DNA of 64,000 nt from Tubiluchus corallicola (Eukaryota; Animalia; Priapulida): assembly GCA_030141605.1 (NCBI GenBank), contig JAQGDQ010000251.1:1-64000 (forward strand), given 5' to 3'. Positions 13,081 to 27,918 of the stretch are shown one piece after another. The notes beneath the pieces were generated by a model that saw only the letters and a program-made list of their open reading frames with translations, was not told the origin of the DNA and searched no databases. The position numbers were made by a program, and so were the translations under genes. Position 1 is the first letter of the stretch, and every line of letters begins with the position of its first letter.

Positions 13081-14260
13081 AGCTATGATCTACACTGTGA
13101 CGAATCCAGTTGTAACTGTGTAGAGTGCCCGGGACGGGAGCCACAGCTAGGTCTGATCTCCGAACTCGTCGTTTTAATTTTTAAAACATAGGCCACGTTT
13201 CAGCCCAGACGACATTTAGCTTTGAACAGAAGAATTTACTAGAGACAGGAGCGAAATGAAATTCCATCTCCGAAGCTCGAAATTATTTCTTGTACTAATC
13301 TACAGCTACTGAGAATAAGACCCATGGAATTTTCACTCAGTTTTTGACGGAAGTAGTTTTCAAGACAAAACTGAAATTAAAGCAACGTATCTAGCTAATT
13401 TTTTTAGCATTTGGTTTCACAACCACAGACTCAGAGAACCACGTGTAATGGCCGATGGGTAAAATCGCACAAGTTGGCATAAAATTAAGTTAAGATTTTT
13501 CAAGTTTTTAAGCCGCTTGCTAACGGCTTCTTTGCAAATTTATTTGATCTGACATTTTGCCCGCCAGCCAGCCAGCAAAAAAAAAGAAAAAACATGCATA
13601 CCCAGAAATTCTCTATGAAGTCTAATTTCAAAGAGAAACAATTCTGAATTACAGTGTGTCTGGACACAGACTGGAAAGTTAGCTCACTAGGTGCTATAAT
13701 TTCAAATGTTCCGAATTTAGCATTGCTTCATGTAAAATACGCCCGTGCTCATTTGAGTACTTGTCCCAAAAAATTACGAGCATTAACATCACTAACAGCT
13801 AATACACAGCACAAACTCTGTTGTGCTGCAAAATCGAATGCCTTTTGAATTTTAAGCCTTTTTCAAATTTAAAGTAGGCTATATTTATAAAAATTAGAAT
13901 ATGGATAGTATCACACACAAATATACATACATACACAAACATATGTAAATATATATATATACTATAAAATGCAATTTAATGTAACGTACCGTAACGTAAC
14001 ACAACAACATACATGCATTTTTGTGTGGTGATACTATCCATCATCTAGTTTTTATAAACAATAAATTTATATCTATACAGACTGTGTTCGAAGTTCTACC
14101 GCCAGCGTGTTCGACCATCTTAATGATGACGATTATTGACTTGAAAGAGTGTATAGCATGGCATGGAGCTCAGCATAATCAGCTTAATTGGGCGCAATCC
14201 AGGCTAGACGCAAGCCTGGGCGGCGATAATCGTAGAAACAATATTTACCACTAACAGATT
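13081..14260 (+). pseudogene. Degenerate multi-LRR gene relic
   Basis: One frame from 13081 gives the Cys cap HCDESSCNCVECPG, KLEIISCTNLQLLRIRPMEF, KPLANGFFANLFDLTF and ISNVPNLALLHVKYARAHLSTCPKKLRALTSLT...SNAF. After a TA/CA tract: TIHHLVFINNKFISIQTVFEVLP. Many stops. Confidence 0.55.
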
Positions 14261-14559
14261 TACGTTGCCCAATCTATAATAATTAGTTTCTGGCCCTTGA
14301 GGGCAGAGATAAATGTCAGTAAAGAGAAAATCCGATACTACGTCTCAGTAGTTGGGAATTTGAACAGACCTGCATGTCCTGAATCCTTTCCATTGTTGTT
14401 GTCGTTGTCGTTGTCACTGTCATTGTCGTTTTTTGCAGTTATTTTCTCTTTTTGCCTTCATTGTTGGAAAACTTAATGCGTTTTGCTCTCATTGTCACTT
14501 GTGTGTATGCGAAACATAATTTTAGAGAAAAATTTGAACTCATCCAGAAAACTAAATTG

Positions 14560-17284
<2,725 letters not shown>

Positions 17285-17490
17285 TTCATTTATGTTGAGT
17301 TTTCTCCCTATGCATTGATTTTTTCTTGGGTTTACAAAGCTTGCAGAATTTGAACAGTGCGTGGTAGATATAATTCCTAAAACAAAGTACTCAAGTATGA
17401 ACTTCACTGTGTACAGTCAGATAGAGCGTATGTAGCCTAGAATTAGACCTAGATGTTGTTGTTATTGTGTTCTTTTAATAAATATTTTAG

Positions 17491-17936
17491 GTATAATTAC
17501 TGGTTGTAGTTCATGCCGATGTATGTCATAACAGTTATTCCAAATAACATGTCTTCAATCTTATCAACTCTACAATGCAACAGGAGTGGATTGTTTAGAT
17601 CTTATCACAGTTTCCTATTCAAAAATGCTTTTTAGTAAACTACCCAATTTCCAGTTCCTCCTTGTCAATCTAGAAAATAATTGCAGAAATGCATTGGAAA
17701 CGAGTCCAATACGCTCTGCGTGAACGGCTATGAGTGGCGTAGACATTGTGTATCCTCTAATTATACATAATATGGCATTACAGGTACGGTCAAACTATAC
17801 TCAACACACTGCAAAACTCATCAAAGCACCAATTTGCTGACTAGTACCCGGGAGATTATGATCAGAAAATTTTAAACCCGCAGAATCCTAGCAACGCATC
17901 AATTTTAATTTGTGTCTGATGTTTACCAGCCATCTT
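17491..17936 (+). pseudogene. Degenerate LRRNT + LRR exon
   Basis: After tattttag acceptor: IITGCSSCRCMS*QLFQITC (LRRNT-like), KNAF/SKLPNFQFLLVNLENN, TAMSGVDIVYPLIIHNMAL. Possible donor gtgagt at 17937. Confidence 0.55.
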
Positions 17937-18136
17937 GTGAGTCGATTATGGCGATTAAGTTGTCCTACATAGTGTGGTAAACACGTAATTTTTTGCCAAA
18001 ATTTGTGATAAGCATAAACAAGAAGCAAAACCTAAAGTTGAGTTACCAGAATCAGAAACGACGGAAATATAAGTCATTTTGTAGTTAAAACAACGCAACT
18101 TTATAAAAACTTTCGCTTTACATAGCTAAAATCATG

Positions 18137-18175
18137 CCAAACGTTTCAACAGACTACTGCTGTCATCATCAGTGG
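18137..18175 (-). ncRNA. Minimal type I hammerhead ribozyme motif in Penelope pLTR
   Basis: Minus strand: cca CTGATGA t GACAG cagtagt CTGTT GAAACGTT tgg, giving core boxes, stem II and a short stem I. Confidence 0.6.
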
Positions 18176-19306
18176 TAAATTTACGAACATACAACCAGTT
18201 TATATAGGCAGAGCCTATTATGCACTAATTAAGTAGTTAAGTGATAAAGTGTTTGAAAATAAAGCTGAAGGAATTGAACTGTTTTGTACATTAAGAGAAG
18301 GCTTATAGTAAGGGTGCATAAATAAACTTTATTTTATTAATAAGCCCCAGATATTGTAGAGTTTGTAGCACTGGCCACAATGCTGAAATTATTAAAACCA
18401 GCTTTGTGATCAGAGATACAAATATGGTCATTAATGCTGGATTGAGGAGAATTTTTTAATTTTTTGCCAGTTCTAGATGACACACCCAAGTGTTCACAAA
18501 TTCTTACCTTAAAGTGTCTGTATGTCTAGTAGATAGTATGTCTAGTACATAGAGCATTTTGTATTTAATCATCACAAATTTCATGAAGAAATCAATACTA
18601 TAAAAAGTTTTTTAATTTCTAATAGGTTTCCAACATGGTTAATTGACTTGACCGTCAAAAAATATCTTGAAAAAGTTTTTTCCAAAAAATAGCCACACAG
18701 TCTGTTTCAATAAAATAAGTTAAGGGCTGCTTTGTATTTTGTATATTAAGAAAAGGCTTATTAGGGCACATAGATAGGCTTTCTTTTATTAATAAGTCCC
18801 AGTTATTTCTCAAACAACTATACCCCGATATTGAGCTACGTATTGTGTTAAAATCTGGCAATAATTTAGGCTCTTTCCTCCCATTTAAAGACAAAATACC
18901 CACATTCTTACAGTATGATACTGTTTATAGATTTCAGTGCAGCAGCTGCAATGCTGCTTACCATGGCAAATATCCTGATATTTTGAAGTAAAAATTTGTG
19001 AACACTACGGTATTTCGTCTAGAACTGGCAAAAAGTGAAAAAATCCTCAATCCAGCATTAATGACCATATTTGTATGTGTCCACAAAGCTGGTTTTAATA
19101 ATTTCAGCATTGTGACCAGTGCTACAAATATCTGGGGCTTATTGATAAAAGATAGTTTATTTATGCACCCTTACAATAAGCCTTCTCTTAATGTACAAAA
19201 CAATTCAATTCCTTCAGCTTTATTTTCAAACACTTAATCACTTAACTACTTAATTAGTGCATAATAGGCTCTGCCTATATAAACTGGTTGTATGTTTGTA
19301 AATTTA

Positions 19307-19345
19307 CGACTGATGATGACAGCAGTATTCTTTCGAAACGTTAGT
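19307..19345 (+). ncRNA. Mutated second copy of the hammerhead motif
   Basis: cga CTGATGA tgacagcagtattctttc GAAACGTT agt; the stems are disrupted. Confidence 0.45.
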
Positions 19346-19817
19346 CATGATTTAACTATGTAAAATAAAAGTTTTAATAAAGTTGTGTTGCTTTAACTAT
19401 AAATGTTTTTAAGTGCCTGTACTAAAAACAGTCATTTTAGTTTGCAGTAGGATAAAAAATGCGAAATTCATTCTATTGCGGTTAATAATCTGTATAATTG
19501 TAACTGGAACACTTGTTATTAAAACAACTATTTGAATTTACGGTTTGGGGTGAGAAAGTAAAACATTCGGTTTTAGCTTACTTGTTGCCTTCAGGAATAT
19601 TTCATATCGCTATGGATAAAAAGGACATCTCCATAATATGGTTTTAAACATTTTTTCAATTTCTGTAGAGTGGATATTTCGCATTTTCCTGCATTTATTT
19701 TTTACTGGCCCTGGTCTTCGTCCGGTGTATAACAGTTCTGGTAGATATTTTCTTTTTTGTACTAATTTTTAGTCTACGTCAAAGCATTCAATAGAGCATT
19801 CAGCAAACTACGCAAGA

Positions 19818-19965
19818 GTTCAGTATCTAAAAAAGTAACATTGAATTAAAAAATATTGAAAGTCACTTAGCGTTTTGGGTTTGTTTCATTGTTATCACTT
19901 AATTTAAAAATAGAAAATATAGCAAAGAAATTTGCCCATAAACTGTATATAAAGCACAAAGTTAA
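19818..19965 (+). repeat. Diverged direct repeat, copy 1 (partner 21404-21547)
   Basis: Shared gttcagtatc..taacattga..aagtcacttagc..ttgggtttgttt..aaagcaYaaagtta. Confidence 0.8.
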
Positions 19966-20101
19966 TTCGACTGGTCGACTTTTCCTTTTTATTAAATTGT
20001 ATATTTTTAACTTGTAATTTAGTCACGCGCTATAAATTCTTATAATATGACGTTGTATAATCTACGATTTCTATAAAATTAATAAAAATACTTAGTACTT
20101 A

Positions 20102-20483
20102 GTGCTAAAATTAGGTATTTATGTATCTTATCATTTCAAGATTACGAAAGCACGTTCTTTTTGTGTCACAGTATCAAGCAAATATATTGAATACTGTCCG
20201 TCCGTCGTCTCCCTATTTTCACAAGGAAAGCCACTGCTAATTGGCGAGCTAGGTTTCGATGAAATGGCAGGCCAAACAGTAATTTTTACTCCAGACTGTT
20301 TTACTTATACGTGCGTGTGTCACGTAGTTGCGTCTGTTTAACACGGAAAATTTCCAGAGGAACGTGAGATCCGTGGCAGAGTTAGTTGCCGCCATGTGCA
20401 CGATACAAGTTATGAACAGTTTATTTGACTTCTCTTCTTGCAAGTTGTATCTCTTCCAATGCAACGAACCGAAGCGTATATAA
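20102..20483 (+). pseudogene. Candidate degenerate LRR fragment
   Basis: KYIEYCPSVVSL, IGELGFDEMAGQTVIFTPDCFTYTCVCHVV, KLYLFQCNEPKRI. Weak. Confidence 0.28.
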
Positions 20484-21403
20484 CTCGTTATTCTATTTTT
20501 AATTGTTTACTTGTCTAGTGCTGAAATGAAAAGCAATGTGCCAACATAACGTGAAAGTTAAAGTCCTACATTAACTGACTGTTTTGCTTATAAAATCCGG
20601 CGTTTATTTGCCTAAAATGTTTATAAAAATTTATTGTGAATAAGTCAATTTAATTAAATAATTAGTATATTTATAAGTAAGTAAATTAACCTCCATAAAA
20701 AAGTAAATTAGTCTCCATAACCTCGTATTGTTCCTATGTCACACACCAGTCATAACCTTGCGTTTTTTAGTAGAACTAAGGCGCTTTCTGACTCATTGAG
20801 TTAAAACTTCCCAAGCCACTCTTCCTATCCTTTTGAACATTCTTTTATCCGTCATTCCTATCTGTGTTTTGCACCGCTTTTTCCTTTTAAATTGCTTAAA
20901 ACCATCGTATTTTTGTTCGGTAGCGTAAGCACCTAACAAGTTTTTACTTCTGGTTCTTGCCATCAACGATATATGCATGCTGTCATGTCATGATCATTAA
21001 TATTAACTGTATACTTTTTCATTGTTTCAATGGATTATACAACTGTATAACCAAATAAATAAATTACTACTATTACTATTAAATAAGCAATCAAACAAAC
21101 AGGCAAATCAAGAAATAAACAGGCCCAAATAAAAGGACGATTTTATAATATAGTGCGTAGCGAATTACATCAACCATATCAGCGCTACAAAACACAACTT
21201 TAAAATAGATCTTTAGATTTTGAACTGTAATGAGCTAAAATTAATAGACCTAATGATTCATATATAAGTTTAATCAACAATTAATCTAACCTAGCACAAG
21301 ATTCTGGATTCAGCCTAGTCTTGCAGTTTTTCAGCAGCTTCTTTCTTCCGTCAATTAAAGTTAGGTCAATTGTTACTCTTTTGTTTATTATATTATTCAG
21401 CCT

Positions 21404-21547
21404 AGTTCAGTATCAAAAGACTAACATTGACTTAAAGGAAAGGACAAGTCACTTAGCACGTTGGGTTTGTTTTACCGTTGTCACCTAAACTTAGAAAAAG
21501 ATAAGAAAAAAATTTGCAAAAAATCTGTCTGTAAAGCATAAAGTTAC
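21404..21547 (+). repeat. Diverged direct repeat, copy 2
   Basis: See 19818-19965. Confidence 0.8.
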
Positions 21548-22817
21548 TTTATACTATCGCTGCGTTTGAAATTTTTAGGCTCGGTGAGTTGAATATTATG
21601 ACGTACCTGGTGGACTTCATGACCTTTGGTAAGCGCATCGGTTTGGGATGGTATTGCAAGCACACTATAACATTTTATGTTGCAGACCAAGATTTAGTAC
21701 ACCTTAACATTTTTTCAACTTCTGGGTTTTTTGTACTTTTTTTTGTTAATTGTCAACTACTGACCGTGTCGTTAAGAAAACGTTTTGTTAGATAACCTTT
21801 TGTTTGATAAACTTTTACAAGTTAGATAAGATGCTAAAGTAAGATTAGATAAGATATAAAAAGTAACAAACAAAAATAAAAAAAGTAATTTTTTGTCGAC
21901 AATTTTTTGTAAACATTGATAACAATTAAAATATATAAAGCAAGCTGGTTTCTGCATTTGGCTTCAGTAAGAACTGTGGGTATTCGTTAACCTTACATTG
22001 TCTATACCTTACATAACCTTACATACGTGGGAGGAATATAACAGTTATTATAGATGTTTAATTTAGTTTCGGGCGCTCTGAACGTATTGGCTCTAGGATT
22101 TTTTCGAGCAACATAGCGTTTTCCTCCCAGGAAACAGTAACCTATGTTATAAGCTTGTAACATATAAACAAACAAAAGAATTAAAGTATATTAATTTAGA
22201 TTACCAAATTGAATTGTTGGAGACGAAACAGACTAACACAATTTTCATGAATGCCAAACCGGTGTCAATGATTCTTTTCGCCTAACAAGATTTCAATTAG
22301 TATTTGTGATTAAATATTAAGCACATGCGTGTTAAACACCCATTGAATCCACTAATGTAAAAAGTTCTCGCAAATTCTCGCGAGTAACGCGAATTTTGTT
22401 AAGCTTTTATGAATGTGATCCCCCGAGGAAAAAGAATTGATTCTGGCGTATACTTTCATTAGTAGACCAGTAAAAATAATCTTGCAAGTACTCATTACAC
22501 CACTCAGCGCACCTGATCATCCAAACCTCACCTACAATTATATATGACTCGATCCCTGCTATTTAATCGTAATGAACGCTCAGCTTTAAGTAAATGTAAA
22601 AAAATGGGTAGTAGAAGAAAGGCAATATAACTTTGCTTGAAAAGCTGAGAGTAAGAAATGGTAGATAAAATTACATGCTATACAGTGTCACAGTAAGATA
22701 AAACCAAAAAATTCGTCGTCTATTTTAGAGTGTAACTTTGGCTTTAAATTTGGGTCTTGAGCAGGGTCGTTTGTTAGGAAATTATTCTGTAATAAATACA
22801 CTATGTAACATCACTAT

Positions 22818-22945
22818 AATGGTGATAATAGTGTTGTTGTTGTTGTTGTTGATGATGATGATGATAACGACGATGATGATAATAATGACGATGATGAGGA
22901 GGAGGACGACGATGATGACGATGACGATCATGATGTGATAATGCA
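22818..22945. repeat. (TTG)n/(GAT)n compound microsatellite
   Basis: Visible arrays. Confidence 0.9.
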
Positions 22946-23054
22946 ATTGATATTAATGGCAACGACGGAGCCAAAACAACAAGCATAAATATTTTCTAAG
23001 GCAGCATAATTACGATATTATTTTAATATTATTTTAAGGAAAGGGCATTTTGAA

Positions 23055-23590
23055 AAATAATAATAAATAATAAAAATAATAAAAAATATTTTATAAAGTG
23101 CACTTTCAGGCAAATACTTTCAACGGTGCTGTCAGTAAAACATCATAGTTACAGATGCACAATTAAAAAAATACAACACTATTAAATGGTATTTAAAGTA
23201 TTGCACAAAACACACAAAATTAATCACCTTCTGGAAAGAAATTATAGTAAAAAATAGCTCCTTATAGAAGCCTAGAACAGTTGGAATTGATCATAATAAT
23301 TTTTAAAAAGATGTCTTCAAATGTTTCTTAAATAGTTGCACAGTAGAATCAGTCCGAGGTTTTGAGAAAAAGAAGTCCAGTAATTCGATGAAACAGAAGA
23401 AAGTCCAAGGTCTCCAAAAGTCTCTTTTCTATTAAAAAGTTCCGAAAGTTCATTATGGGAAGATCTGCTTGCCCGTGTATCCCTACAAAAGTTGCGTTTA
23501 TGTAACCTATCAGACAAGTATGCAGGAGAAAGTTCGTGTAAAACTTCGCAATAATTTATACACATAATTCTAATTGGCAAAAGATACAAT
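23055..23590 (-). mobile_element. L2-clade LINE 3' fragment
   Basis: LLPIRI..LHELSPAYLSDRL..RDTRAS..TFGDLGLSSVSSNYW, followed by a 3' UTR ending aagtgcactttataaa and a TTA-rich tail. Confidence 0.8.
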
Positions 23591-23769
23591 AAAATAACAA
23601 ACGGACACGCGTCTTACAAAAGTAGCATAACAGATCAAATGCCATTGAGACCGTATACAAATACATCACAAAATACAAACACCTAAAATATTATTGATAA
23701 ATATTTCCCTTGCGGAAAACGTCTTTCTTTAAAGGAAAAGAAATACAAATATAAAAGATTCTTCTTAAT

Positions 23770-24210
23770 GCCGTACATTGGAGACCCCTCCTTGTGCCCG
23801 CTGCGCGATACAAAAACGTCTTTATGTGCCCAAGAAAAGACAGGCGAAACAACCTATTCTATATTTAAATGGGAATAAATGACAAAATCTGTGTGGTATA
23901 TACGCCACATGAAAGGTTCTATTGAAACTAATGTACAGGACTGGGAGTTTTGATAAAAAATTTATGTTAGTCAAGCTCTGCTCATTAGGAAAAGGGACGC
24001 CAACGATTCTAATAAGGGAGCCGAGGGAATGCAGCTAACAGCTGCATGGGGCGGTATCTTCCACACTGCAAAGTGCTCGCTTTGCACCTGTGTAGAGGCT
24101 GCACAAAACAGATAATTTCCTAAGAACAAAGCAAGCTGCACAATCTTACACCTCAGGAGGTTTGAGAGAAAAAATAATTACTTAAAGAGCATGGTCACAA
24201 GCGAAACACA
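23770..24210 (+). mobile_element. Penelope-like GIY-YIG 3' fragment
   Basis: PYIGD... and QALLIRKRDANDSNKGAEGMQLTAAWGGIF resemble the endonuclease C-terminus. Degenerate hammerhead-like cttaaagagc..gcgaaac at about 24181-24207. Confidence 0.55.
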
Positions 24211-24899
24211 TAATAATAATGATATGCTTTGAAATTACTAGTAAGTATTATCTAGTGGTACTCAAAAGCCACGTAAAAATTCTTTAAAAAGTTTGATGAG
24301 AAACATGTCTACTTGAAGAGCCCTGGATTAAGCGCTTTGTGATGAATCAAAATTATGTAAACTTGTAAGCTCAGAATCAGCTAATTGCCTTTTTTGGTTT
24401 TTGCCTGGAATGTTACGAAAGTTTTATGAGTCATGATTTTCCTTCTTGAAATTGGTCAAAATAATTGTACTTAGCGTTGGTTCCAAACATTCACATTTGT
24501 GTTAATCATGGCAATCACAAAGCAAAAAGGAAGTGTATTTGTGTGGCAAAACATCATTTTTGACTAACATAAAACCAGTTTTTTGCCGCATAGAAAACAA
24601 ACTTTATTAATACGGTAATAATCTTTAATGTATTATTTTGCTAAGAAACTAAACCTATCAGGCTTTATTAAAAGTTTTGTTAGGCTTTAATTTTGTGCAC
24701 GTTAGGTTTGCTCCACCAGATTAGACTCAGTTAGTCAAAGTAAGACGTACCTTAGGTTAGATACGTGCTGGTTTCTGCTGCACTTTAAAGTATGATTTTC
24801 TTTATTTTAATAACTAATTAATGGGATAATGAGCAGAATATTGTAGACACCTCTAAGCCCCCGTCTACCGATTCGGACCGCCATGGATCACTGGATTAC

Positions 24900-25340
24900 T
24901 TTGGACCGTTCCGTTTTGGATTGCTGGAGTCATCTCCATCTTGGATTGATTAGGTCACCTCTATCCTAAGTTACTGGGGTCACATCCGTCCTGCATTCTT
25001 TGGGTCACCTTCGTCCTGGATAGCTTTGGTCACCTGCATCCTGGATTGCTTAGGTCACCTCCGTCCTGGACAGCTTAGGTCACCTTCGTCCTTGATATCT
25101 TTGGTCACCTCCGTCCTCGATTGCTTGGGTCACCTCCATCCTAAGTTACTAGGGTCACATCTGTCATGCATTGCTTGGATCACCTCCGCTCTGGATAGCT
25201 TTAGTCACCTCCGTCCTGAATTGCTTAGGTCACTTCCGTCCTGGATGTCTTGAGTCATCTCTGTCGTGGATTGCTTGGGTCTCTCCTGCCCTGGTTTGTT
25301 TGAGTCGCCTCTATCCTGGGTGGGTCCTGGTCATCTCTAC
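24900..25340. repeat. 25 bp GC-rich minisatellite with 175 bp higher-order period
   Basis: ggtcac recurs at 25028, 25053, 25078 and 25103. The variant ctaagttact occurs at 24966 and 25141 (7 x 25 apart). Confidence 0.93.
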
Positions 25341-25649
25341 TTAAGATTGTTTTGGTAACCTGGTGCTGTATCCTCGGTGGTGAGCAGCTGCAGGCTATTT
25401 ATAATTTAAATGCAGAGATGTCTGACGTCTGCCTAACCTCTGTAGTCGTATATGTAGTCACGGCTTTGGCTGGGTAAGACTACATTTTTGGTTCCTCAAG
25501 AGATAATTAATTACTATAGAGATCCTGAAACAGTGTCCAGCTTAAACTTAAATTTTTAGTCAAGCAATCTATAATACCCCATTCTCTGATCAGTCTTGCC
25601 CAAATCCAGGCTCCCAATTAGAACTGAAACGTTGACATTGAAAATTGAA

Positions 25650-25900
25650 AACTGAAGCAGAAGGAACAATTACCAACAGAGTGAACAGTGCCAAGCATGA
25701 GAACTCGACATAACACCACAACTTAGTCAAAGTAAAATCATACTCATTGAACTGACAGTACCTTTCAACACAGTCGTACAAAAAGCGACAGACTATAAAA
25801 GCAATAAACATGCATTAACTACTGGTTTCTCTGCAGAACTCATTAAAATAGAAATTAGTTGTTGTCGGTACGTGTCCTTAGAGAAAACTTTAAAAAGTGA
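25650..25900 (+). mobile_element. Restriction-like endonuclease fragment of an R2-group (HERO/NeSL-like) non-LTR element
   Basis: LDITPQLSQSKIILIELTVPFNTVVQKATDYKSNKH..GFSAELIKIEISVVG matches PD..IELTVP..A..K..KY. Confidence 0.7.
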
Positions 25901-26037
25901 AAGCAGCTCTTAAGTTTAGCAACTGTAATTACGAAGCGACTAATGAAAACTAGTTATTATCACATCGCATGCCAGTTTTCCACTTGAAACATGCACCCTC
26001 TGGGAGCCCTCTAAAAGAAACAATCTAAACATAAAAC

Positions 26038-27200
26038 TTTAGATTAGATTCTTTATTTCGACAACTAGGTCATAAGTTACATAAAAGTACACACAGAGTT
26101 AGAAGTACATTTACATTTATAATTACCAAAACATGTAAAATTACCAATCATTAAAGATGTTAAAAATACGGTAGTATACAATTACAAACATAAGAACAAG
26201 TCATTCAGTAGATGTGGATCATTTTTAACCCTGCAATCTATTTTCAGTTGACAATAGCTAAACGCCTAAACAAATCTCAAACATATAGTTCTTTTCAAAA
26301 GCGTTTAAATATTTCAGACTGCAAATAGATGTCTGAGTTCAAAATACATTTCACATAAAAGTTTTGTGAATTTTTTGGGTCTAACAAATAGAGAGTCAGC
26401 TGAGCGTCTAACTACATAAAAGATAGGGATGTCGTAATCTAAACATATTTGTCTAGCATTGCAATCATACTGGAGTGAGAATAACTTTGTAATACATTTA
26501 TTGTAAGTAATTTATAATATTCCTGTAATTATGGCGAAAGGATATTAAATCATGTGGCTAGCCATATGAATACTGCTGTAATTTATTACAATATGTGAAT
26601 AGTGTACTCATTATATTCATTGTAAGCTGTTTCTTTGAATTTATTGTATAGTTTGTTATGTGCCTCTACTATAAATGTCCAACTTGCCTTCTCACTGCGA
26701 TAAACATATGTGCGCGCTACATGTTATGTTTTATTGCTATGTCATTAGATTTTTCCTGTGGGACAGTAACTGTCCTAACCTAGACATATGTATACCCTGC
26801 TTGATTTCATTGGAAATTAAGTTATGTACGCGTGTTTCGACACCCTGAGCATGCGAAATATATGCGCAGTGAACCATGGCACTCGTTTGGTAACAACTTT
26901 GTTCTTGGCAGATTTTCAAGTCAAAACCGCTCTTCATATTAAGTTATTTCTTTTGCACCAACGTGAAGTACGGATTTGAAAATTTACATCGCAGCGGCTT
27001 TTAGTTCTTTTGTAAGGTTTTTCATGAAAAGGATCAAGTTTACATTGCTGAATAAGTATGAAAGCCCATGGGTTATTATATTGCAACGTAGCATATGAAA
27101 GCACCACTCACTACAATCTTTTCTCTTCATATAAAGCTTTGCATGGGATAGAACAACAAGAGACAACAAAAAAGCTTTATACAACTAAGTTATTCTGGAA
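26038..27200 (-). mobile_element. Old LINE related to the 14760-17183 element
   Basis: Collinear remnants KAF..HAKLYMK, VRRQVG, TLFTYCN and NSQNFYVKCILNSDIYLQS; 3' end aataaagaatctaatct. Confidence 0.7.
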
Positions 27201-27679
27201 AGGGTTATAACATCGGCCTATTCATACTGTAACAACAACGCATGTTTTTAAGGGATTTTCATTAAATCTAACCCGAAGCACTTACACTAGTGGATAAATA
27301 AATGCGCATATTGCAAAAAAACGCAAATGGACTAGAGATAGAGAGTTCGCCATATTCTTGATGCTATGTGAGCATTATGAACTAAAGCTATTGTTGACGA
27401 AGCTGAAGATATTGCATGTTTAAGAGCAAAGTATTTAAAAGCTTTCGACGTTCATACTAAAATCTAAAATAAACCGCAGCTAAGCTGCTAAAATGGCAAG
27501 CACGGTAATGTTTTCAGACGAGCTTCGATTTTGAAATAACATTTTGCTTGCTTTTTGATTAAAGCGTCAGTGTCTGACCATGTAAGTAAGTCCACATTTT
27601 ACTTGTTCTCCTAGGAAACCATGTATTATACAGCGTATACTAAGGAAGGAATTACTAAAAATAGCATTTGGCTGCAGTG

Positions 27680-27758
27680 TAGTTGTTATCGTCGTCGTCG
27701 TCGTCGTTGTTGTTGTTGTTACTGTTGCTGCTGCTGTTGGTGTTATTTCCGTTGCTGC

Positions 27759-27822
<64 letters not shown>

Positions 27823-27918
27823 GCTGCTGCTTCTGCTTCTGTTTCCATTGTTATTGCTGGTGCTGTTGTTGCTGCTGTTGTTGTTGTTGTTGTCGTCGTT
27901 CTTGTTGTTGTCGTCGTA
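27680..27918. repeat. (TTG/CTG/TCG)n microsatellite
   Basis: Visible arrays. Confidence 0.97.

Larger units (their letters stand above)
18075..19405 (+). mobile_element. Penelope-like element, 5'-truncated with inverted pseudo-LTR
   Basis: RT thumb HRAF..KFHEEINTIKSFLISNRFPTWLID; GIY-YIG FKDKIPTFLQYDTVYRFQCSSCNAAYHG. 18075-18520 is the reverse complement of about 18975-19405. Confidence 0.9.
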
